64,000 bases of DNA from Paludibacter sp. (GTDB lineage: Bacteria > Bacteroidota > Bacteroidia > Bacteroidales > Paludibacteraceae). The stretch covers positions 13,320-77,319 of the forward strand of contig JBAXPM010000005.1 in the NCBI GenBank assembly GCA_037132235.1, written 5' to 3'. Below, piece by piece: positions 45,962 through 55,858 of the stretch. Made by a program: the position numbers and the translations under genes. The first letter of the stretch is position 1. Each line of letters opens with the position of its first letter. The notes below the pieces were generated by a model. That model was given only the letters and a program-made list of their open reading frames with translations. It was not told the DNA's origin and did no database searches.

Positions 45962-47011
45962 ATGCAATTAGAGAAAACAGATAAGACAGTAGAAATATTA
46001 GAAAAGACAATTAAAACGATTTCTCCCTTTAATGATGAAACTAAATATATATTTGATAAAAGTCAGAATTTTATAGCAAGTATTCGGAATGCTTTCGGGG
46101 AAATTAAATTAATAGACTTCGAGGGTCTTGATACTGAATTGTGGAATAGTTATTCTACCATAAATCAAACATATAAACTGAAAAATGCAATAAATAAACG
46201 GTTTGAGGTGCTATTAAACTGGCAAAAAGATAGTACAACTATAGCACATTTAAACATTATAGTAATAGAGCATTTAAATAGATTTGTTGAAAGACAAAAA
46301 ACTGTTTTTCAGCGATATACTTCACAGGAATTTACCGAACTACAACATTATTATACAAGAATTTCACACCGCTTGTTTGTAGCAAAATTAGAACTGAATA
46401 AACTGAAAGAAGAAATAGAAAAAAGAGAGACTGAGCTACAGAGGAAAAGACATCCGGTATTATCGGAGGTATTGGACTTAGAGGAAATAAAGTTGGCAGA
46501 TAATAAAAAAGAAGAGTTTAACCTGTTACTTCAAAATATGGCTGATCATCAGTTTTTTGTAAGCAGGTATCATTCAAGTCCGGTGTTAAAGGAGGATGTT
46601 TTAAGTTTGTTTGGAAGATTTCTGAACACCCAATTCGAAATAGTTGAAGCAATTACTCCCGAAGAATCGAGTGGCAATATAGAAGTAAAATTGAAAGACT
46701 TAAAATCATTCCCTGAATTTATACTTCATGAGAAAAGGGAACAGATAGCAATGGAGATTCGCAAAGAATTTTCGAATGAAAAAGGTAAGGCAATAAGATT
46801 GTTGCTGGGTGCTATGGAGCTAAATACACCTCCGTTGCTTACTATAGGCAAAGGGAAGGGGAAGGAAATTTATACGGCAATGTCGGCATACTTTAACAGG
46901 GATATTGGCAGCTATCAATCGGTAATCGGTCACATAGTCAATCAGAAAACGAACCTGGAAGGTGTAGATATCAGACTGAATCACCTGTTAAAGAAAGTAG
47001 AGAACGAATAG
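45962..47011 (+). CDS. Hypothetical helical protein, possibly an integrative-element remnant
   Basis: 349-aa open frame with TAAATTTG at 45900..45907 upstream. No recognisable catalytic motif. Confidence 0.6.
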   Translation: MQLEKTDKTVEILEKTIKTISPFNDETKYIFDKSQNFIASIRNAFGEIKLIDFEGLDTELWNSYSTINQTYKLKNAINKRFEVLLNWQKDSTTIAHLNIIVIEHLNRFVERQKTVFQRYTSQEFTELQHYYTRISHRLFVAKLELNKLKEEIEKRETELQRKRHPVLSEVLDLEEIKLADNKKEEFNLLLQNMADHQFFVSRYHSSPVLKEDVLSLFGRFLNTQFEIVEAITPEESSGNIEVKLKDLKSFPEFILHEKREQIAMEIRKEFSNEKGKAIRLLLGAMELNTPPLLTIGKGKGKEIYTAMSAYFNRDIGSYQSVIGHIVNQKTNLEGVDIRLNHLLKKVENE

Positions 47012-47016
47012 AATAG

Positions 47017-47098
47017 CTTGATTCAGCTTGATTATTCTTGTTTAAACTTGTTTAAACTTGTTTGTTCTTGAATACAAGATTAAACAAGTAAATGCTTG
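47017..47098. repeat. Helically phased CTTG array
   Basis: CTTG at 47017, 47027, 47037, 47047, 47057 and 47067; CAAG at 47075 and 47085; CTTG at 47095. Confidence 0.85.
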
Positions 47099-47402
47099 AT
47101 TATTAGAGGAATTATTTTATATTACTTTGCAGCACAATTTAATTATTGCGCTGCATTTTTTTTAGGCAGTGCTAAAAGATAAAGTAATATGGCTAAAAAA
47201 TTTATTGTTTACGAAAAAGACACTCAAAGGTCTTGGGACTCTTTGAGACCGAGGTCACGCTCACCACCAAAATAGAACATGCATCCGAATACAGGTATGT
47301 TTGTACGTATTGAACAAAATAATACCAGGGTGAGATAAAGAAACGACACTAACACAGTGGCAAAACAAATAGAAATAACAAACAAATTTAAAATAAAATA
47401 AA

Positions 47403-48050
47403 ATGGGAAAAATGTTTTTAGGAATCCTCGGAGGATTCACAGGAACCGTTGGAACCGTAATAGGTTCAAGTAATCGTAAAGGTGAGGATATTATCCGTGC
47501 CAAAACCAAAAAGACACGCACTTCTAATAGTGTAGCACAGGTTAATCAGCGTACCAAGTTTGGTTTAGTAACTGCATTTATGCAGGCTATTAATTTCATT
47601 CTTAAATTTAGCTTCAAACAAGCGTCAGGCGATGCCATGACTCCGTATAATTACGCATGTCAGTATGCCTTAAAGAATGCCATAGCGGGTGAAGCACCTG
47701 ATTTTGAGCTGGATTATAGTAAAGTGCTGATTAGTGAGGGACCCTTAGCCCGTGAAGCTGTGGCGAATGCACAAGCTGTAGATGATAAAATCACATTCAG
47801 TTGGGATGATATTTCTGAAAATGGATTGTGCGATCCTAAAGACAAGGCTGTTATGGTGGTTTATAACGTCGATAAAGCTGAAATCAGCTACTCAGACAGT
47901 GCTGTAACACGTGGAAGCAAGACCGGAACACTGGCATTGCCTTATGCCGAAACAGGAGATAACCTGCTGTTTTATCTGTTCTTCAGGTCAGAAACTGATC
48001 CGACTATCGTTTCCACAAGTCAGTATCTTGGATGCCTGACAGTTTCTTAG
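47403..48050 (+). CDS. DUF6266-like protein
   Basis: GILGGFTGTVGTVIGS N-terminus, QVNQRTKFGLV...F, LDYSKVLISEG, beta-rich C-half. Family assigned from recall. Confidence 0.7.
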   Translation: MGKMFLGILGGFTGTVGTVIGSSNRKGEDIIRAKTKKTRTSNSVAQVNQRTKFGLVTAFMQAINFILKFSFKQASGDAMTPYNYACQYALKNAIAGEAPDFELDYSKVLISEGPLAREAVANAQAVDDKITFSWDDISENGLCDPKDKAVMVVYNVDKAEISYSDSAVTRGSKTGTLALPYAETGDNLLFYLFFRSETDPTIVSTSQYLGCLTVS

Positions 48051-48072
48051 GTATCTGCTTGTTTTTCAAATG

Positions 48073-48104
48073 AAAAGCCTCTGCATGAACTTGCAGGGGC
48101 TTTT
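48073..48104 (+). terminator. Intrinsic terminator candidate
   Basis: AAAAGCCTCTGCA-tgaact-TGCAGGGGCTTTT. Confidence 0.65.
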
Positions 48105-48202
48105 GTGTAAAACAGAATTGCAGTCCCCTGAATTCAAAGAACCGAAAATCATCATTTGATTGAATATTTTCATAAATCTTTGTGTTATAAAGAATTATTT
48201 TG

Positions 48203-48210
48203 TACTTTTG
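48203..48210 (+). promoter_or_regulatory. -7 promoter element of the rimP-nusA-infB operon (TACTTTTG)
   Basis: Matches TAnnTTTG. Confidence 0.7.
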
Positions 48211-48231
48211 TCCCCGAAATAGAATATGGAG

Positions 48232-48251
48232 GAGGGGACAACAGTCCCCTC
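48232..48251 (+). promoter_or_regulatory. rimP 5' leader hairpin (attenuator-like)
   Basis: GAGGGGAC-aaca-GTCCCCTC followed by GTTTGTTGTT, between the promoter and ATG 48273. Confidence 0.6.
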
Positions 48252-48272
48252 GTTTGTTGTTATAACTCAAAT

Positions 48273-48740
48273 ATGATTTTAAAAGAGGCTATAAATCAGA
48301 TAGTTGAAAATTATCTTGTTGAAACAGATTATTATCTGGTGGATGTGAAAATCACTCCTGATAATCGAATTTCAGTAGAAATTGATTCTTTTGAAGGTGT
48401 TTCTATCGACTTTTGCGCCGAGCTAAATAAACATATTGAGGCTCAATTTGATAGAGAAGTGGAAGATTTTGAACTGGAAGTAAGTTCAGCGGGACTGACC
48501 GAGCCGTTCAAAGTAATAAAACAGTACGAGAAAAATATTGATAACGAGGTAGAGGTGCTAACCAAAACTGGTAAGAAATTTACCGGAATGCTGGCTGAAG
48601 TACGTGAAACGGAATTTGTACTGGAAATTGAGAAAACAGAAAAACCCGAAGGTTCGAAGCGCAAAGTGACAGTGATAGAAAGCCTTACGTTTAAATACGA
48701 AGAAATAAAACATACAAAATATATTATTAGATTCAAATAA
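48273..48740 (+). CDS. rimP: Ribosome maturation factor RimP
   Basis: VSIDFCAELNKHIE...DREVEDFELEVSSAGLTEPF; first gene of the rimP-nusA-infB operon. ATG 48273. Confidence 0.95.
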   Translation: MILKEAINQIVENYLVETDYYLVDVKITPDNRISVEIDSFEGVSIDFCAELNKHIEAQFDREVEDFELEVSSAGLTEPFKVIKQYEKNIDNEVEVLTKTGKKFTGMLAEVRETEFVLEIEKTEKPEGSKRKVTVIESLTFKYEEIKHTKYIIRFK

Positions 48741-48743
48741 GCC

Positions 48744-50003
48744 ATGAGCAAAAAAGAAACAGTTAGCTTAATTGATACCTTTTCGGAATTTAAGGAGCTA
48801 AAAAGCATCGACAGAAGTACATTAATAAGTGTAATGGAAGAGTCATTCCGTAATGTGATTTCAAAATTGTTTGGAACAGACGAAAATTATGATGTGATTA
48901 TCAACCCTGATAAGGGTGACTTTGAAATCTATCGTAACCGTACTATTGTTGCCGATGAAGACCTCCAGGATCCTAACACGGAAATAACGCTTACTGAAGC
49001 ACACAAAATTGAAGAAGACTTTGAAATTGGTGAAGATGTTACCGAAACGGTTGATTTTATGAGCTTTGGCCGAAGAGCAATTCTGACACTTCGCCAAACA
49101 CTTTCATCGAAAATCCTTGAACTTCAGAAGGACAATGTATTTGCGAAATACAGTGATATGGTTGGCCAGATTGTAAGTGCCGAGCTTTATCAAATCTGGA
49201 AAAAAGAAATGTTGCTGATTGACGATGAAGGAAATGAACTTTATTTGCCTAAAACAGAACAAATCCCAACCGATTTTTACCGCAAAGGTGACACGGTACG
49301 TGCGGTTGTGGCTGTGGTTGAGAATAAAAATAATAACCCGAAAATTATCCTTTCACGTATTTCTCCCGTTTTCCTCGAAAGACTTTTCGAACTGGAAGTG
49401 CCTGAAATTCATGAAGGGTTGATTACCATTAAAAAAATTGCACGCATCCCCGGCGAACGCGCCAAAGTGGCTGTAGAATCGTACGATGATCGCATTGATC
49501 CGGTTGGAGCTTGTGTGGGTGTGAAAGGTTCACGTATCCATGGAATCGTTCGTGAGTTACGCAACGAAAATATTGATGTTATCAATTATACAAACAATCT
49601 TAGTTTGTTTATTTCCAGATCATTAAGCCCTGCGAAAATATCTTCAATCCGCTTGAATGAAGTTGAGAAAAAAGCTGAAATCTATCTGAAACCTGAAGAG
49701 GTTTCACAAGCTATCGGTAAAGGAGGTTTGAATATCAAACTAGCCGGAATGCTTACCGGATATACACTTGACGTGTTCCGCGAAATGGATGAAAATGAAG
49801 ACACTGAAGATATCTACCTGGACGAATTCAGCGACGAAATAGATCAGTGGGTTATTGATGCACTTAAAGCTATCGGTTGCGATACAGCCAAGAGTGTTCT
49901 TGCCATTTCGCGTCAGGATTTGATAACACGTACTGATTTGGAAGAAGAAACCATCGACGAAGTGTTGGCTATTCTGGCTTCCGAATTTGAAGAGGAAGAA
50001 TGA
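48744..50003 (+). CDS. nusA: Transcription termination/antitermination factor NusA
   Basis: FLERLFELEVPEI, ARIPGERAKVAV, IDPVGACVGVKGSRI, AIGKGGLNIKLA. Confidence 0.98.
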   Translation: MSKKETVSLIDTFSEFKELKSIDRSTLISVMEESFRNVISKLFGTDENYDVIINPDKGDFEIYRNRTIVADEDLQDPNTEITLTEAHKIEEDFEIGEDVTETVDFMSFGRRAILTLRQTLSSKILELQKDNVFAKYSDMVGQIVSAELYQIWKKEMLLIDDEGNELYLPKTEQIPTDFYRKGDTVRAVVAVVENKNNNPKIILSRISPVFLERLFELEVPEIHEGLITIKKIARIPGERAKVAVESYDDRIDPVGACVGVKGSRIHGIVRELRNENIDVINYTNNLSLFISRSLSPAKISSIRLNEVEKKAEIYLKPEEVSQAIGKGGLNIKLAGMLTGYTLDVFREMDENEDTEDIYLDEFSDEIDQWVIDALKAIGCDTAKSVLAISRQDLITRTDLEEETIDEVLAILASEFEEEE

Positions 50004-50110
50004 TTCCGTTTCTCGTTTAAAGTTTCACGTTTCGTGTTGAATAGAAAATGGTGAAACTCTGAAAATAAACACGGAACACTAAACATCAAACGTAAAAATA
50101 TCAAAAATAT

Positions 50111-53095
50111 ATGTCTATAAGATTAAGTAAAGCCTGTAAGGATTTGAATATCGGAATACATACCGCTATCGAATCTTTAGCAAAGAAAGGTCATAAATTT
50201 CCTCTGGATCCCAATCTGAAATTAGAGGACGATTTATACCTTTTGCTTGCCAAGGAATTTAATAAAGATATGGCTCTGAAACTGGAATCGGAGCGGTTAA
50301 GTCAGGAGCGTTCATTGAAAGAAAAAGCTCCGTCTGTTGCAATTGAAGGTTACAATCAACCAAAACCGGTTGAAAAAAAGCCGGAAACTATTTCTGTTTC
50401 TGTACCTCAGGACAAATTGCCTCAATTTAAATCTGTAGGACAAATTGATTTGAATGCAAACGCAAAACCTGCTGCACCAAAACAACCTGCCGAAAAAGTT
50501 GAGAAAGAAACAATTCAGGAAGTTCAGAAGCCGGTTGTAGAAAAAGCCGAACCTGTTAAGAAAGAAGAGCCTAAAGTAATTGATACGCCTAAACCGGAAC
50601 CTGTAAAAGCAACACCTGTTGCAGAAGAAAAACCTGCATCAAAAGTTCCGGAAAAACAAGCTGATAAAACTCCGGTAACAGCTAAAGAAGAAGTAAAAGT
50701 TGAGCCTGCAACGATTGAAAAACCTATTGCCGAGAAGCAGGAAGTACCGGTAAAAGAGATTGTTGCCGAAAAAGTAGAAGTTATTGAAGATGAGATATTT
50801 ACATTAGGAAAAAATACAATTGATGTTTCACCGGTTGTAATCGGAACAATTGATCTGGATTTACTGAACCAAAGCACTCGTCCAAAAGCCAAGACAAAGG
50901 AACAAAAGCGCAAGGAACGTGATGAAAAGAGTAAAATTTATTCAGATGGCAAAAAGCCCCTTGCAAATGACAAGAAGTTAGTTTTGGGAGGAGCTGCAAC
51001 GGCAACAGACTCAGGTCATCCAAAGAAAAAACGTGAACGGTTCTCAAATCAGAAAGTTGACATCACAAAAGCAGCTCAGACCAATGTTCAGGGCTTTGCT
51101 CAACCGAAGAAAGTTACGCCCGGAAATGCAAAACCACAGCCGGGAGGAAATAACAAGGACAGGACTAAAAAACCTCTGAAAACAGTTGTAAACGAGGAAG
51201 ATGTACAGAAACAAATAAAAGAAACCCTTGCTCGTCTTTCGGGTGCCAATAAAAAAGGGAAAGGTTCTAAATATCGCCGTGATAAACGAGATAGTGTTAG
51301 TGCACGTCAACAGGAACAGGCTCAACGCGAACGCGATGAGGAAAGCGTAATTAAACTGACTGAATTTGTAACTGCCAGCGAATTGGCTGTGATGATGGAT
51401 GTGAGTGTAAATCAGGTTATTGCAACCTGTATGAATATTGGGTTGATGGTTTCTATCAATCAACGGTTGGACGCAGAAACAATCAACATTGTTGCCGAAG
51501 AATTCGGATTTTCGACAGAATATGTAAGTGCTGATGTTATTGAGGCTATTGGTGAAGAAGAAGTTGATACCGAAGAAGATTTGTTACCACGTGCTCCGAT
51601 TGTAACCGTTATGGGTCACGTCGACCATGGTAAAACTTCGCTGCTCGATTATATCCGTAAAGCCAATGTAATTGCCGGAGAAGCCGGAGGTATTACGCAG
51701 CATATCGGGGCATATAATGTGAAACTCGAAAACGGACAACGAATTACGTTCCTTGATACTCCGGGTCATGAGGCATTTACCGCAATGCGTGCCCGTGGAG
51801 CAAAAGTGACCGATATTGCCATTATTATTGTGGCTGCCGACGATAACGTGATGCCGCAAACCATTGAGGCAATCAATCACGCTGCGGCTGCAAATGTTCC
51901 TATGATTTTTGCCATCAATAAAGTAGATAAACCGGGTGCAAATCCCGAAAAAATCAAGGAAACGCTGGCACAAATGAATTACCTGGTTGAAGACTGGGGT
52001 GGAAAATACCAATCGCAGGATATTTCGGCTAAAAAAGGTGATGGTATTGCAGAGTTGCTTGAAAAAGTGTTGCTTGAAGCTGAAATTCTTGAATTGAAAG
52101 CTAATCCTAACAAACGAGCTATAGGTTCTGTCATTGAATCAACGCTGGATAAAGGTCGCGGTTATGTATCAACAGTTTTGGTTGAAAACGGTACACTTCG
52201 TCAGGGTGATGTAATCCTTGCCGGAACATATTTTGGAAAAGTAAAAGCTATGTTTAACGAACGTAATCAACGTATTACGGAAGTAAAACCAGCTGAACCG
52301 GTATTGGTTTTAGGTTTAAACGGAGCACCTCAGGCAGGTGACAACTTTAATGTGATGGCTTCAGAACAGGAAGCTCGTCAGGTTGCCAACAAACGTGAAC
52401 AACTACAACGTGAACAAAGTATCCGTACTAAAAAGCACTTTACACTCGACGAATTGGGTCGCCGTATCGCACTTGGTGATTTCAAAGAACTTAATATCAT
52501 TGTGAAAGGTGATGTGGATGGTTCGGTTGAAGCTCTTTCTGATTCGTTGCTCAAACTCTCTACTGAAAATATTCAAGTGAATGTAATACACAAAGCTGTG
52601 GGTGCCATTTCCGATTCAGATATCATGTTAGCCGCTGCATCCAATGCTATTATTTGCGGATTCCAGGTTCGACCTACTTCTACAGCCCGCAAAATGGCTG
52701 ATAAAGAAGAAATTGATATCCGCTTGTATTCCATTATTTACGATGCAATTGAAGAAATCAAGTCAGCTATGGAAGGTATGCTTTCTCCTGAAATTAAGGA
52801 AGAAATTACTGCTACAGTTGAAATTATTGAAGTCTTTAAAATCACGAAAGTTGGAACTGTTGCCGGATGTTTGGTTCGTGAAGGTAAAATCAAACGCAGC
52901 AATAAAATCCGCATTATTCGCGATGGCATAGTTGTTTATTCGGGAGAGTTGGATTCTCTGAAACGTTTTAAGGAAGATGTAAAAGAGGTTGGTACAAACT
53001 ACGAGTGTGGACTTAACATCAAGAACTACAACGATATCCGCGTTGGTGATATGATTGAAAGTTACGAAGAAACGGAAGTTAGAAAAACACTTTAA
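50111..53095 (+). CDS. infB: Translation initiation factor IF-2
   Basis: [53 protein letters not shown]. Confidence 0.99.
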   Translation: MSIRLSKACKDLNIGIHTAIESLAKKGHKFPLDPNLKLEDDLYLLLAKEFNKDMALKLESERLSQERSLKEKAPSVAIEGYNQPKPVEKKPETISVSVPQDKLPQFKSVGQIDLNANAKPAAPKQPAEKVEKETIQEVQKPVVEKAEPVKKEEPKVIDTPKPEPVKATPVAEEKPASKVPEKQADKTPVTAKEEVKVEPATIEKPIAEKQEVPVKEIVAEKVEVIEDEIFTLGKNTIDVSPVVIGTIDLDLLNQSTRPKAKTKEQKRKERDEKSKIYSDGKKPLANDKKLVLGGAATATDSGHPKKKRERFSNQKVDITKAAQTNVQGFAQPKKVTPGNAKPQPGGNNKDRTKKPLKTVVNEEDVQKQIKETLARLSGANKKGKGSKYRRDKRDSVSARQQEQAQRERDEESVIKLTEFVTASELAVMMDVSVNQVIATCMNIGLMVSINQRLDAETINIVAEEFGFSTEYVSADVIEAIGEEEVDTEEDLLPRAPIVTVMGHVDHGKTSLLDYIRKANVIAGEAGGITQHIGAYNVKLENGQRITFLDTPGHEAFTAMRARGAKVTDIAIIIVAADDNVMPQTIEAINHAAAANVPMIFAINKVDKPGANPEKIKETLAQMNYLVEDWGGKYQSQDISAKKGDGIAELLEKVLLEAEILELKANPNKRAIGSVIESTLDKGRGYVSTVLVENGTLRQGDVILAGTYFGKVKAMFNERNQRITEVKPAEPVLVLGLNGAPQAGDNFNVMASEQEARQVANKREQLQREQSIRTKKHFTLDELGRRIALGDFKELNIIVKGDVDGSVEALSDSLLKLSTENIQVNVIHKAVGAISDSDIMLAAASNAIICGFQVRPTSTARKMADKEEIDIRLYSIIYDAIEEIKSAMEGMLSPEIKEEITATVEIIEVFKITKVGTVAGCLVREGKIKRSNKIRIIRDGIVVYSGELDSLKRFKEDVKEVGTNYECGLNIKNYNDIRVGDMIESYEETEVRKTL

Positions 53096-53123
53096 GATAT
53101 CAAATAAGTAAGCTTAAAAATTT

Positions 53124-53162
53124 AAGCCGGTAATCTGAAATTCAGATTACCGGCTTTTTTTT
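53124..53162 (+). terminator. Intrinsic terminator after infB
   Basis: AAGCCGGTAATCTGA-aa-TTCAGATTACCGGCTT region followed by a T-run. Confidence 0.9.
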
Positions 53163-53239
53163 GTTGCCAAACAAACCTTCATTATTTTGTTTAATTCTAA
53201 ATAAAATATAAAAAAAGGAGCATTCACACTGTAACGGTT

Positions 53240-53247
53240 TATATTTG
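53240..53247 (+). promoter_or_regulatory. -7 promoter element (TATATTTG)
   Basis: TAnnTTTG match upstream of 53343. Confidence 0.5.
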
Positions 53248-53342
53248 CAGAATCTTAAAAACGTATAGTTTGCTTAATGTATGTAAGTAAAATGAATTTA
53301 ATTACGGAAATATTTCAGTAATACGCATGAAAAAATATAAAA

Positions 53343-53705
53343 ATGAAAGTAAATATTAATTGGCTCCGCGTTGTTTATATAGCCGGTGTCGTTGCCATGT
53401 GTTTGTCTTCCATAGACCCGATGGAAGGTTCTGTCGGAATTCTGGTTGGTAGTATTCTGGTTGCATTATCAACTTTTCTGACTAAAGATCGTCACTGGAA
53501 AGTATTTATATACAGCACTTTTGCAATTATTGTAGGTGTATTTTTCTTATGGCTGTTTACATGGTTGGGCGGTATAGGTGGAAATTCAAGGTATTCTCTC
53601 TGGTGGGGTATAACTATGATTCCATATCCACTTGGCTGGCTTGTAACAATAGTATTGTTAATCGCGCGAATTTTCAAAAAACCTGTTCAGGAAACAAATA
53701 CCTGA
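53343..53705 (+). CDS. Small integral membrane protein (about four TM helices)
   Basis: Hydrophobic segments throughout; 33 nt upstream of acs. Confidence 0.7.
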   Translation: MKVNINWLRVVYIAGVVAMCLSSIDPMEGSVGILVGSILVALSTFLTKDRHWKVFIYSTFAIIVGVFFLWLFTWLGGIGGNSRYSLWWGITMIPYPLGWLVTIVLLIARIFKKPVQETNT

Positions 53706-53738
53706 GCAAAATCTAACTATAACTTAATAATTTTATAC

Positions 53739-55634
53739 ATGAGTAATCCGACAGAAAACAAATTTTATTTTCCATCACAGGATATTGTCAATCAGGCTAA
53801 TGTGAAAGAATATGATGAGCTTTACAAGTATTCAATTGAAAACCGTGAACAATTTTGGGCTGAACAAGGCGAGAAACTTTCGTGGTACAAAAAATGGGAC
53901 AAGGTAATTGATGATTCCAATCCTCCGTTTTACAAATGGTTTAGTGGGGCAAAGACGAATATCGTTCATAACGCTATTGACCGACATCAACATACGGAAG
54001 TGCGAAATAAACTGGCTTTGATATGGGAAGGTGAACCGGGAGATGTCCGTTCATTCTCTTATCATGCATTGAATCGTGAGGTATGTCAGTTTGCCAATAT
54101 TCTGAAAAGCATGGGTGTGAAGAAAGGCGATGTGGTGACGATTTATATGCCGCAAATACCCGAACAGATTTTTGCTATGTTAGCTTGTGCTAAAATTGGT
54201 GCTGTTCACAGCGTGGTGTATGGTGGTTTTAGTCACGAAGCTCTGGCTGATAGAATCAATGATGCCAATAGTCGGGTGGTAATTACAGCCGATGGCGGTT
54301 TTCGTCGTGGTAAAGTGGTTGAAATGAAATCGGTGGTCAACAAAGCCATGGAACTTTCGCCCACCATGGAAATCTGCATTACCGTGAAACGAACCAATGT
54401 AGATGTGTATATGGAAAATGGACGTGATTACTGGTATCATGATTTGGCAGCATTACCAATTGCTTCCTCCAAATGCGATACTGAAGAGTTGGATGCCGAT
54501 GATACACTCTTTTTACTTTATACTTCGGGTTCAACCGGACGCCCTAAAGCTATGATTCATACTCATGCCGGTTACAGTGTTTACACTTCAACCACACATC
54601 GCATGGTATTTGATATTAAACCGGATGACCGCTATTGGTGTGCTGCCGATCCGGGCTGGATTACCGGTCATAGTTATATTGTTTACGGTCCATTGATGAA
54701 TGGTGCCACCATTATTATGTACGAAGGTGCGCCAACCTATCCATATCCCGACCGTTGGTGGAAAATGGTGGAACGCTACGGCATCAACATTTTATATACT
54801 TCGCCAACAGCCATTCGTGGGTTAATGCGATTCGGCGACTCGTGGCCTAACCGTAACGATTTGAGTTCGCTGCGTTTGCTTGGTTCAGTGGGCGAGCCGA
54901 TTAATCCTGAGGCCTGGCGCTGGTATCATGAAGTTATAGGGAACAGTAAATGTCCGATTATGGATACCTGGTGGCAGACTGAAACCGGTGGTTTTATGAT
55001 TACGCCACTCCCGGTTACTCCTCTTAAACCCGGATCGGGAACAAAACCGTTTTTCGGGAATGAAATTGCTGTAGTTGATGAAGATGGAAATGAGGTGAAA
55101 GCAGGTGAGGAGGGAACACTGGTAATAAAATCGCCGTGGCCAGGAATGACAGCAGGAATTTTCAAAGATCCGGATCGCTATCTCGACATTTACTGGTCGA
55201 AATACAAAAAGCAGGGCTGGTATCTGACCGGGGACTCGGCAAAAAAGGACGAAGACGGTTATTTCTGGATAATCGGTCGTACCGACGATGTGATAAAAGT
55301 GAGTGGCTATCGCCTTGGAAGTGCTGAAATAGAAAGCGTTATGATAAGTCATCCTGCCATTGCCGAATCGGCTGCCATCGCGTTGCCGCACCCTGTAAAA
55401 GGGAATTGCATTCATATTTTTGCCATTCTACGTAACGGCTACGAAGCAAGTCTGGAAATGGAACACGACCTTATAAACCATATGGTTACACATATGGGAC
55501 CAATTGCTAAACCTGAAGCCATAACCATCGTAGATCAGTTACCCAAAACCCGAAGCGGAAAAATTATGCGACGCGTATTGAAAGCCCGTGCATTGGGCTT
55601 GCCCGATGGTGATTTAAGTACGCTCGAAGAATAA
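53739..55634 (+). CDS. acs: Acetyl-CoA synthetase (AMP-forming)
   Basis: LYTSGSTGRPK, WCAADPGWITGHSY, LGSVGEPINPEAW, DTWWQTETGG, LPKTRSGKIMRRVL. Confidence 0.96.
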   Translation: MSNPTENKFYFPSQDIVNQANVKEYDELYKYSIENREQFWAEQGEKLSWYKKWDKVIDDSNPPFYKWFSGAKTNIVHNAIDRHQHTEVRNKLALIWEGEPGDVRSFSYHALNREVCQFANILKSMGVKKGDVVTIYMPQIPEQIFAMLACAKIGAVHSVVYGGFSHEALADRINDANSRVVITADGGFRRGKVVEMKSVVNKAMELSPTMEICITVKRTNVDVYMENGRDYWYHDLAALPIASSKCDTEELDADDTLFLLYTSGSTGRPKAMIHTHAGYSVYTSTTHRMVFDIKPDDRYWCAADPGWITGHSYIVYGPLMNGATIIMYEGAPTYPYPDRWWKMVERYGINILYTSPTAIRGLMRFGDSWPNRNDLSSLRLLGSVGEPINPEAWRWYHEVIGNSKCPIMDTWWQTETGGFMITPLPVTPLKPGSGTKPFFGNEIAVVDEDGNEVKAGEEGTLVIKSPWPGMTAGIFKDPDRYLDIYWSKYKKQGWYLTGDSAKKDEDGYFWIIGRTDDVIKVSGYRLGSAEIESVMISHPAIAESAAIALPHPVKGNCIHIFAILRNGYEASLEMEHDLINHMVTHMGPIAKPEAITIVDQLPKTRSGKIMRRVLKARALGLPDGDLSTLEE

Positions 55635-55663
55635 AGACCTAAAGTAGATAAACTGGAATTTTT

Positions 55664-55713
55664 AACCGGAGTTTTAATGGTAATATGCCATTAAACTCCG
55701 GTTATTTTTTTTT
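55664..55713 (+). terminator. Intrinsic terminator after acs
   Basis: AACCGGAGTTTTAATGG-taatatg-CCATTAAACTCCGGTT followed by A and T9. Confidence 0.85.
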
Positions 55714-55802
55714 AAACCACTAAAGTCTTGTCTTATTAAATGTTTTGCAACATATTTCAAGAAAAAACAGCCTGTTTTCTTTTTTATTATTGACAATCAT
55801 AG

Positions 55803-55810
55803 TAACTTTG
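55803..55810 (+). promoter_or_regulatory. -7 promoter element (TAACTTTG) of the lyase/esterase operon
   Basis: TAnnTTTG match 49 nt upstream of ATG 55859. Confidence 0.65.
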
Positions 55811-55858
55811 TTCGCGATTAAAAATTGGTTGACCAATATATTGTAAAATCATAATAAT

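Noticed and set aside
47017-47098. CRISPR array or simple microsatellite
   Set aside because: The units are 4-bp motifs on a 10-bp period with no spacers of CRISPR length, and there are no cas genes.
47261-47521. 86-aa minus-strand ORF
   Set aside because: It overlaps the start and leader of the DUF6266-like gene and has no motif.
487-48272. Longer starts given by the track (487, 7534, 11734, 16467, 18335, 33747, 44140, 48156)
   Set aside because: Downstream ATGs give proper signal peptides, family-typical N-termini or A-rich leaders, and the extensions overlap regulatory elements.
48645-48665. GGTTCGAA as a tRNA T-loop
   Set aside because: It lies inside rimP and there is no cloverleaf around it.
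50340-51350. Pro/Glu/Lys-rich segment in infB as an insertion or intein
   Set aside because: A long variable N-terminal linker is normal for IF-2, and there are no intein motifs.
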